From Candidatus Poribacteria bacterium (GTDB lineage Bacteria; Poribacteria; WGA-4E; WGA-3G), in assembly GCA_963663765.2 (NCBI GenBank), contig CAXXUA010000013.1, positions 352,001-416,000 of the forward strand: a DNA stretch of 64,000 nt, read 5' to 3'. A program made the position numbers and the translations under genes. Below the pieces are notes generated by a model that saw only the letters and a list, made by a program, of their open reading frames with translations, did not search any database and was not told the origin of the DNA. Below are positions 19,758-27,589 of this stretch, piece by piece. Positions within the stretch are counted from its first letter, which is position 1, and each line of letters begins with the position of its first letter.

Positions 19758-21035
19758 TTACTCTGGAAACTGTTCGCGTAGGGTCCACAGTCCTTGTCCT
19801 GGTTCACTAATATAGAAAACACCATCATCGTTATACCCATCATCAAGTGTTTCTGGATTGTATTTTGTAAGTACTTCATCTAACTGTGTCCATTCATAAC
19901 CAACCGATTCTATATCTTCTTTGGTTAGATGTTCTGTTGCATAGACAACATTGAAACGTCCCTCAGTACTTCCATGAATTAAGTGTGCAGCAGCAGATAG
20001 ATTTTCTCGGAGTTCAGCATTTTCTCTAACGGCTTTGAGAGTCGCTGATGTGCCGTTGTAGCCATATTTTCTGATGAGTCTATCGATTTCAGGGTCTTCA
20101 CCAAATTCCTGTAAACCAGGGGCAATAATAATCAATTCACTATCATCCTTCATTGCCATTCGTGTGCGGTAGATAGCCTTATTACCAAGCCAAGTGCTTT
20201 TAAACTCTCTTGGATCCAAATAGACAACAACTTTTGACAAAGGTTCGTCTAAGAATGTCATATTGACGTTTCTACTTAATTCTGCTGCTGCTTCAAATGT
20301 CTGTGCATCATCACCGATATATAGTCCACGCATCACACGGTTGTGATTTGCGTCTACATCCATTACACTCATCAGATATATTATTCCCAGTTGTTTCAGA
20401 AAATGTGTGTGTGCATAGTTTAACACTCGCCGGACAGATGTATCTGTTCGTCCCATCAACCGTTCCATCCCATCAACAGCCCCGAGGAAATGTGTTTTGT
20501 TTATCATTTCAACGCCACCAGTTCCTACCAGAATGTTCTTAAACCCATTTGCAATTCCGACAACTTCATGGGGTATTACTTGTCCGACAGAAATAATCAA
20601 GTCGTAGTTTCGATCAACAAGACGTTTGTTGATAGCTACAGGAATACTATAATCAAGTTTTCCACCAGAAACTTCTTGGATAAATTTGGATGGAACTTCA
20701 CCAAAGTGGTACAAGCCTATTCTCCATTGATGGTTATGGTATTTTGCTTTTGGTAAAGAACCGTACATCTCAGCAATTTGTGCTTCAGTCATCGGAGAAT
20801 GTGTGCCGATTGCAGGTAGAATATCAAAGGTGTAACCGTTGGCAGCTTCCCAAAGTTTATAGAGAATACGCGTAAGTTCACCAGCATTTGAATGTAGTCT
20901 GGTAATATCAGGTGGAACGACCAAAACCTTTTTTGGAATCCCTCCCAACTTGAGTAGTGCTTCGTGAAGTAGAGCGCGTTTCTGCTCGGTTGTGATGGTG
21001 GTATCTTTTCCACCGTGTGAAATGTATGTTGCCAT
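19758..21035 (-). CDS. lactate racemase (LarA/DUF2088) domain protein
   Basis: VLVVPPDITR, AIGTHSPMT, PHEVVGIANG.KN, NKAIYRTR. Confidence 0.78.
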   Translation of the reverse strand: MATYISHGGKDTTITTEQKRALLHEALLKLGGIPKKVLVVPPDITRLHSNAGELTRILYKLWEAANGYTFDILPAIGTHSPMTEAQIAEMYGSLPKAKYHNHQWRIGLYHFGEVPSKFIQEVSGGKLDYSIPVAINKRLVDRNYDLIISVGQVIPHEVVGIANGFKNILVGTGGVEMINKTHFLGAVDGMERLMGRTDTSVRRVLNYAHTHFLKQLGIIYLMSVMDVDANHNRVMRGLYIGDDAQTFEAAAELSRNVNMTFLDEPLSKVVVYLDPREFKSTWLGNKAIYRTRMAMKDDSELIIIAPGLQEFGEDPEIDRLIRKYGYNGTSATLKAVRENAELRENLSAAAHLIHGSTEGRFNVVYATEHLTKEDIESVGYEWTQLDEVLTKYNPETLDDGYNDDGVFYISEPGQGLWTLREQFPE

Positions 21036-21318
21036 TTAATATAACTCAATTCTGTAAGTGTATATGAATTTGATCAAGGTTTGCAATGCAAGTATTATTC
21101 AGCCTATGATCTAATGATTACAGTATACAATGGGATGGAAAGATGGTCAAGGTTAATATTAGTTGTAGCGTGTGTAAAGTTTTTTGCGTAGAGAAACGCA
21201 AAATCAACGGTATGAATGCCTTTTCTGCATTCCCCGACTACCGTATAGTGTGTAAGTCCTGTTAATATTGTGTCATTTAGGAATTCAAAAGTAAATTTCA
21301 GATGAAAGATTTGTTTTT

Positions 21319-21596
21319 ATAGGAGCGACCTCACAGTCGCGACCAGGAGGTCGCTCCTACCAACGCAGGGAACGGTCACGACCAGGAGGTCGCTCCTACC
21401 AACGCAGGGAACGGTCGCGACCAGGAGGTCGCTCCTACCAACGCAGGGAACGGTCACGACCAGGAGGTCGCTCCTACCAACGCAGGGAACGGTCGCGACC
21501 AGGAGGTCGCTCCTACCAACGTAGGGAACGGTCACGACCAGGAGGTCGCTCCTACCAACACAGGGAACGGTCGCGACCAGGAGGTAGTTCCAACCT
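21319..21596. repeat. REP-derived 39-bp tandem array (6 full copies + 1 partial)
   Basis: unit gtc(g/a)cgaccaggaggtcgctcctaccaacgcagggaacg starting 21336; preceded by the inverted arm taggagcgacctc. Confidence 0.9.
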
Positions 21597-21672
21597 TAAG
21601 AAACCTATGTAAATTAAAATGTGTGCTTAAACGACAATTGTATGCCTCAAGGTTAATCTTTATGGTAAGTAT

Positions 21673-23322
21673 TTAATACAGCACATGCACTCTGTTATTG
21701 CCGCGCAATGTCTTATCTGACATCACAATTGGCATCTCAATGATAGCGATTAGTGAACCATCATCACTTATGGTAAGTGTATCGTAAGGGAGTTGACCCT
21801 CAGTTCGGTAAGTATAGAGATATTTCTGCAATCCACTACCTTTTGCTGTGAGATCAAATACGGAGATCCCATGTAGACTCTCGTTTGGGTTCTGACTTCT
21901 CTTAGATACTGCCAATGCTGCATATCGTCCTTTACTATCAATTCGTAATCCTTGTGGCATATTTTCAAGTTTCCACTGCCACACTTTTTCACCGGTCCAA
22001 TTATAAGCAAACATCGTCATTCCGTTTGGGTGGAGTGCTGATGGACGTTGCGCGCCCTTTTGCAAGTGGTATGGGATATAGGTGTCTCCTGTAACAAAGA
22101 GAGCGTAAGTGTCGGTTGTGCCAATTGTGCCAGTTGTAGCGATAATTGGTACACCGCTTACTTCAAGGGGAGTTGCTAAATTCTGTTTCCATATAGGTTC
22201 TGATTGGTTCGTATCAAAAATGAATGCGCGCCCATCATCCGTTGTAACGTTGACAAACTTACCGTTAGGTGACATACTCACACCACGCCAAAAAGTGACC
22301 CCTTTATAGTACGGTGTCAGTGGTTTAATCTCTGATTGCCATTTTTCTGAACCAGTATCTATATCAAGAATAGTCAAAGTGCCGTTTCCATTCCCGCTTT
22401 CATCTATGACACACGCGAGTGTTTTTCCATCAGCACTAACATCAAACCATCGGATAATCTTTTGTATGGCTTTATCTTGAGGATACTTCCATACTACATC
22501 CCCATTTGCATCAAATCGGTATAGCATTGACCGTCTTTGAGGTATCCCATTTTTTGACCATGAATGCACACCCGCTACCAATAAATCACCGTTTGGCATA
22601 GTTTGCATACAGGACGTTCCAGGATAACTCACCCATGCGTAAACGCTCTCAGGATTACTTGGTGTAGAAGTTTCAATATCATCTGCAGTTCGGTATTTCC
22701 AACGAAGATTTGGACGATCAGTCGTCAAGTCATAACAGTAGATACATCCATCTGCTGCTTGTTCACCGATGTAAAGCATGGAATTGTTAGAACTAAATGC
22801 AATGTGCTTTACATAACCTTCTGAAATGCGCGTCTTCCATACATTATTTCCAGAAATAGGATCTACAATCGCTAAATGTCCTCTGTCAGTAGCGATTGCG
22901 AGTTTTTGACTCTCCGTTCCGTGTCCGAATACAATCGCTGTCGGTTTTGCAGGTTGACGTAAGTTCTCCATAAGCGACAATAGTCCATCCAAATCAACCG
23001 TTCGTATTAGGTAAGGTGACGGTTTTAACGGTGAGCTTACTTCTGTAATGACTTTATTGACAAGAATCTTATACTGGACATTAGGTTGCCATATGAAAGT
23101 TAAAAGAACACGTTTCTCATCAATTTTTTCAAAAGGGACTGTATCATAAGATGTACCTTGTTTTCTTTCGTTGACCTTAAAAACCGTATTAGGTTCAATT
23201 TTCGTTTCAGTTTCCAGAACGACCCCAGTCCGAACCCAGGTAACATTCAGTTCTGCATTAACAACTCCAATAGGTATATAAATTAACAGCAATAGTAATA
23301 TAATAATTCGCAAATTCTTCAT
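21673..23322 (-). CDS. secreted PQQ/WD40-like beta-propeller protein (third gene of cobalamin-riboswitch operon)
   Basis: signal peptide; repeated W-K/R, S.DG motifs (VSADGKTLA, MSPNGKFV, ISDDGSLIA). Confidence 0.75.
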   Translation of the reverse strand: MKNLRIIILLLLLIYIPIGVVNAELNVTWVRTGVVLETETKIEPNTVFKVNERKQGTSYDTVPFEKIDEKRVLLTFIWQPNVQYKILVNKVITEVSSPLKPSPYLIRTVDLDGLLSLMENLRQPAKPTAIVFGHGTESQKLAIATDRGHLAIVDPISGNNVWKTRISEGYVKHIAFSSNNSMLYIGEQAADGCIYCYDLTTDRPNLRWKYRTADDIETSTPSNPESVYAWVSYPGTSCMQTMPNGDLLVAGVHSWSKNGIPQRRSMLYRFDANGDVVWKYPQDKAIQKIIRWFDVSADGKTLACVIDESGNGNGTLTILDIDTGSEKWQSEIKPLTPYYKGVTFWRGVSMSPNGKFVNVTTDDGRAFIFDTNQSEPIWKQNLATPLEVSGVPIIATTGTIGTTDTYALFVTGDTYIPYHLQKGAQRPSALHPNGMTMFAYNWTGEKVWQWKLENMPQGLRIDSKGRYAALAVSKRSQNPNESLHGISVFDLTAKGSGLQKYLYTYRTEGQLPYDTLTISDDGSLIAIIEMPIVMSDKTLRGNNRVHVLY

Positions 23323-23382
23323 TTTATATCTCCAGTAAAGTTAAGTGTGATATGTTTCTTTTTTTGTTTTGATGTCAATCAA

Positions 23383-25302
23383 CTACTCAGTCACCCTCCA
23401 CAATCCACGACCTAATTTTGAACCGAGCAGCACACCGATGAAGGTATACATAAAACCTTCCAGAATTACTCTTAATAAGATGTACCAGTTTGCATAAAAA
23501 AGTCGGTAAAACAGGATCGAAAGTTGAAAATCTACATACACTGCTATTGCATCACAAACTGCAAGACCGATCGCCCATGCGAACAATCCCCGCTTGCGTA
23601 CCAGCCCAAAGCCTGTCTCCAATAGCAAAATACTTGTACCCGTGTAAATAATAGTCATTGGAGAAAAAAGACCCAGCGTAACAGCACCGAGTAGCAGACG
23701 AACTGCAGAGACAAGTAGAATAACCCCACCTTTTGTTGTATCTTGGTTGTTTCCAAACTCCAGTGATTTCTCTTTATCTGGTGCACCATAGATATAAAAC
23801 AATAGTGCAGTTAGTATCGCATAATAGAGAGTTTCATTGACCAAACCTGTTAGAATGACAGAGAATGGACCGAGGATCGCAGTAATGATATTCAAAAAGA
23901 GTGTTGATGGTACAACGACAGTAACGAATATCGTTGTACCAAATATTGCTATAACAATAAGCTGCTTAGTTGAGAAACGTATAAAAAAGCGTTTGTGAAA
24001 CCCAAGTAAAACAAATAGTCCAATACAACTTGAGAGAATTGCAAGTCCGCTTACAAATAGTGCGTGTCTGTTTGGAACAACGATGTGAAGTGGTCTTTTT
24101 TCGTTAATGATTGTAGTATCAGTACCCCATAGCTTAACAGTAATGTCTCGTTCGTATTCGCCAGCAATAGCAGAATGGGGTTGGAAGTAAATTGGTAAAG
24201 AAATAGAAGTATGTTCACCTCCAGCTAAACTCGCGAAACTAATACTCTGATTCGTTCCTGCATTTACTGCATCCGGTGGTGCAAGAAAGGATACTGCTTC
24301 ACCAGAATTCAAATCACGATTTATGGAGGACACTACCACGTGTATTGTCTCATCACCATGATTCATCAATCTAACAGTTTGAAATGTTATAGGCTCAAAA
24401 GGATCCGTTTGTTCTTTTCCAAGCAAGCTGAACAGTGGACGTGGATGATATATTGCATCTTTCCGTTGCCGTTGGTCTGCTTTACCATCAGAATCTGTAG
24501 GCATATCAATAGAAGTAACGGATAGTTGCTCAACAATGTCGGAGATAGGTACTATCCTTACCTGTAAGTATGTTTCCTGTTCCCATGTCTCACCATCTGA
24601 TGTTGTAAATTGAATTCTACCTGTTAAATCATAAGTATCTTTATGATTTGGTGAACCATTTATAACATCAGGTGGAGTTAGAACAATTTCATGAAACCAG
24701 ACTTCTGAAGCAACACTAAACGAGCCAGTGATTGAAAAACATTTCTGCTCACCTTTAGTTTTTATCACCCAATCCTCTGGAATCCCAGAAACTTCAAATG
24801 ACGTAGGTAGACATAACTCCACAGTATAGTTAGTCGGTGCATTCCCATTGGTAACAATTATCGTTGCAGTCATCTCGCTATCAATCGGAATAAGACTTTT
24901 CTGTTGATTTTGTATTGACGTTGGATGTGATAATCCACTTGATGTACCATAGGGAATTGCTATATCTAAAGTTCCTTGCGAAGAAGTCTTTGGTGCTTGA
25001 ACTGTCAGTATACTTATCTGTTCCGAAGACAAGGTCGCTTCAAACGTATATATTTCACCTGCTTGCCATTCAAAAAAAAGTGTTTCTATCTCTCTTGGTT
25101 TACTGGGAAATCTGATTTGTGCAACCATTGTACCCTCGGAATTGAAGGCAGATACCTGTTGAATCGGTGTCTTTTCTGTAAAATGGATTTTTGCACCGAG
25201 GTTGATAAAGGATATCTGCCATGATAATTCTCTCTCAGGTGTTTTCTGTGTACAAGCGAAGAAAAGTATCAATAGAAAAGGTAAGATTCCCCACTTGTGC
25301 AT
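23383..25302 (-). CDS. large extracytoplasmic domain fused to a multi-TM, ECF S-component-like domain
   Basis: N-terminal FFAC lipobox-like motif; C-terminal 220 aa with 6-7 TM helices beginning FSTKQLIVIAIF. Confidence 0.65.
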   Translation of the reverse strand: MHKWGILPFLLILFFACTQKTPERELSWQISFINLGAKIHFTEKTPIQQVSAFNSEGTMVAQIRFPSKPREIETLFFEWQAGEIYTFEATLSSEQISILTVQAPKTSSQGTLDIAIPYGTSSGLSHPTSIQNQQKSLIPIDSEMTATIIVTNGNAPTNYTVELCLPTSFEVSGIPEDWVIKTKGEQKCFSITGSFSVASEVWFHEIVLTPPDVINGSPNHKDTYDLTGRIQFTTSDGETWEQETYLQVRIVPISDIVEQLSVTSIDMPTDSDGKADQRQRKDAIYHPRPLFSLLGKEQTDPFEPITFQTVRLMNHGDETIHVVVSSINRDLNSGEAVSFLAPPDAVNAGTNQSISFASLAGGEHTSISLPIYFQPHSAIAGEYERDITVKLWGTDTTIINEKRPLHIVVPNRHALFVSGLAILSSCIGLFVLLGFHKRFFIRFSTKQLIVIAIFGTTIFVTVVVPSTLFLNIITAILGPFSVILTGLVNETLYYAILTALLFYIYGAPDKEKSLEFGNNQDTTKGGVILLVSAVRLLLGAVTLGLFSPMTIIYTGTSILLLETGFGLVRKRGLFAWAIGLAVCDAIAVYVDFQLSILFYRLFYANWYILLRVILEGFMYTFIGVLLGSKLGRGLWRVTE

Positions 25303-25314
25303 AAAGAATACCAG

Positions 25315-26613
25315 TTAGAAATAGTTTGCCACAAGGACTAAATCAAGGATGTTCACCTCTCCATCGGTGTTTACATCACCTGTAATTCCAGGACCTCTTT
25401 GTCCGAAAGCTTGACCGACAATTACTAAGTCTTTTATGTTCACAAACCCATCATCGTTAACATCTTCATTTCTTGGAATAATCTGAACAATTGTAACATT
25501 ATCAGTGCCAAAACCGAGTTCATAGGTTTTCAGGAGTGTCTCATCTGAATCCATCACAATCATTGTTGACAATCCGCTTTGTGTCCAATCAGGTTTTGTT
25601 ATGTAGAGATTACCATCATGTCCGAAAGCCATTCCAGACCCACCAGCAAACGCACTGAGTGTGTTGTTTCGATCGCGTATCCATTCTTTGGTATGGACAT
25701 CGTAGATTAGCAATCCAGGATGCTGCCACCCTCCTTGAATAAACAGTTGTTTCTCCGAATTGATTGCTATTGCACCCGGTGTCGTCCTTGTGTTAACCTC
25801 AGTGATGATTTCATCAGTAGTCGTGTCAATTAGCACGAGTCTGCCCGTTATCAAATTGTAATCACCTGTGGTCTTTACGATAACAGTAGATTCACCGTCA
25901 TTCACTATTCCAGTAGCGTTTATTGGCATTGGAATAGATTTTAACACAGTGTCAGTCTGTGTATCAATTACTGTCACGCTGCTCTGATGGTAAATGGATT
26001 TACCTGCAAGCGCATCCCACTCCCAAGCGGGATTGGTCACATACGCTTTTCCATTCAAGAGTGTGATCCCCGTAGTTTTGTTCATGGATGGGTCGGTGAT
26101 AACTTTGGTCACTTTGCGTGTATCAATATTAACAACCAATACTTGATGAGCATTGTCACAGGTAACGTACATCTTAGTAGAATTAATAAGTGCCATGTTC
26201 TGTGGATAAGCTCCAGGAGGGATTGCAATTCTACCAACATACTTTCTATTTTCAAGATTAACAATTTCAATGGTATCGCTTTGGTCTCCAGATAACCAAT
26301 CAAAACGTGTTATATATGCAAGATGTCCATGAACCAGAATGTCAGTAGGAACATCCCCTATAGTGACAATCTCATCGTCAACAGCGCGTTGTAAATTCGG
26401 TTCATCTAAATCAATGATTGAGATCGTTGAAGTGATATGCCAATCTTCTCTATCAAGTGAATTCAAAACGACAGCAAGATTTTGGACATCTGATTGAGCA
26501 AGCGTGGAACCTACGAGGGATGTGAAAAGTAGAGCACTGATGAGTATCAGTGAATGTAGTTTATGTGTTGTGTAGAAACCGAAATGTCGCCTAAAGAAAA
26601 AACCTGTTTGCAT
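25315..26613 (-). CDS. YncE/BtuG-like beta-propeller protein with C-terminal dockerin-like EF-hand pair
   Basis: GGAGG RBS before ATG 26613; YVT repeats (KMYVT, KAYVTN, VTVIDT.TD.V); DVNDDGFVNIKDL / DVNTDGEVNILDL. Confidence 0.75.
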   Translation of the reverse strand: MQTGFFFRRHFGFYTTHKLHSLILISALLFTSLVGSTLAQSDVQNLAVVLNSLDREDWHITSTISIIDLDEPNLQRAVDDEIVTIGDVPTDILVHGHLAYITRFDWLSGDQSDTIEIVNLENRKYVGRIAIPPGAYPQNMALINSTKMYVTCDNAHQVLVVNIDTRKVTKVITDPSMNKTTGITLLNGKAYVTNPAWEWDALAGKSIYHQSSVTVIDTQTDTVLKSIPMPINATGIVNDGESTVIVKTTGDYNLITGRLVLIDTTTDEIITEVNTRTTPGAIAINSEKQLFIQGGWQHPGLLIYDVHTKEWIRDRNNTLSAFAGGSGMAFGHDGNLYITKPDWTQSGLSTMIVMDSDETLLKTYELGFGTDNVTIVQIIPRNEDVNDDGFVNIKDLVIVGQAFGQRGPGITGDVNTDGEVNILDLVLVANYF

Positions 26614-26627
26614 TAATACCTCCGTAA

Positions 26628-26667
26628 TGAAACAAGAAACCCCTGCTTTCATAGGAAAGACAGGGGA
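26628..26667 (-). terminator. candidate intrinsic terminator in riboswitch leader
   Basis: minus strand cccctg-tctttcctatgaaag-cagggg followed by tttcttgttt, just upstream of the RBS. Confidence 0.5.
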
Positions 26668-26807
26668 CAAGGGACACTTCGTATAACTATGATCCTGATA
26701 TTTAGGTTGATTGAGAAATATTTTATCAGTATTTCTATTCTATTTTGTCAGGATTACGTTGTGCTTTATTCCACCGCTTTCCCGCGAAAGCAGATTTGTG
26801 AAACACG

Positions 26808-27014
26808 ATCCAGGCAGGTCTCCTGACTTCCGATTAATTGGGTAGTTTACAATCAAAACTGGTACTACCTATCCCGCTGTGCCTTCCCATCAACCATTGA
26901 CAGTGGACTTTTACAGCGGTTATTCCTATTTAGGAATAAATCGTTTACAGTGGCGGGGCCGTGGCGGATTTTCACCGCGCTTCCCTATTCTCCGAACTTC
27001 GGCACCTGAACCGT
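26808..27014 (-). ncRNA. cobalamin (AdoCbl) riboswitch
   Basis: minus strand: aggtgcc...aatagggaagcgcggtgaaaatccgccacggccccgccactgtaa...gtccactg...tgggaagg...aagtcaggagacctgcc (B12-box). Confidence 0.95.
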
Positions 27015-27041
27015 TCATTATATTTAATTATTGATGTGTAA

Positions 27042-27070
27042 ATTATATCAGATGACAGTATATTATGCAA
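27042..27070 (-). promoter_or_regulatory. sigma70 promoter driving riboswitch transcript
   Basis: minus strand TTGCAT-17 bp-TATAAT with TGn extension, about 30 bp before the aptamer. Confidence 0.65.
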
Positions 27071-27272
27071 ATTTTTCTGAAATTAGAGGTGTGTAAAGTT
27101 TTTGTAGAAACCCTGATATTATATTGAAATCTAAAAAATATGTTTACATTTATTTGAATTTTGCTATATTTTAGTGTAGTTTGGACAGTTTATTACAAAT
27201 ATAAGTTGATGAGAAATTGGTTCACCGCTTATGTTACCAAATCAATACACTACGAACAAAACGCAAACCCTC

Positions 27273-27425
27273 TTTGCTCCAGCGGAGCATTATGTTTATA
27301 GCCAAATTGTCAACTGACAACTCCGCTCCAGCGGAGCGGTATGTGAGTTACAACACATAGCAATCCGCTGGAGTACAAGAATGGGGGATACCATTTTATA
27401 TAAACATAGTTCTCCGCTGGCGTGC
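27273..27425. repeat. clustered short palindromic repeats (gctccagcggagc family)
   Basis: gctccagcggagc x2, tccgctgg x2, with tgtttatag / tataaaca arms; same architecture as 46170-46325. Confidence 0.55.
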
Positions 27426-27589
27426 GGTATTTTATAAAGTTTCACGAATATGCGATCTAGTAGATAAATAGAAACACCTTTGAAAACAACTAGCAACAAA
27501 CGGAATATGACCAAACTATAGTATTTTTTTAAACCGTTCTTAAGAATTTCCTACTCATTATAACCGAAATCTAATTAGGAATTCTGTAT

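Noticed and set aside
21336-21596. Possible CRISPR array
   Set aside because: The inter-repeat segments are near-identical; this is a tandem repeat.
21168-27108. Cobalamin operon as a composite transposon bounded by ISKra4-like ends
   Set aside because: The two ends are in the same orientation, degenerate, and lack direct repeats.
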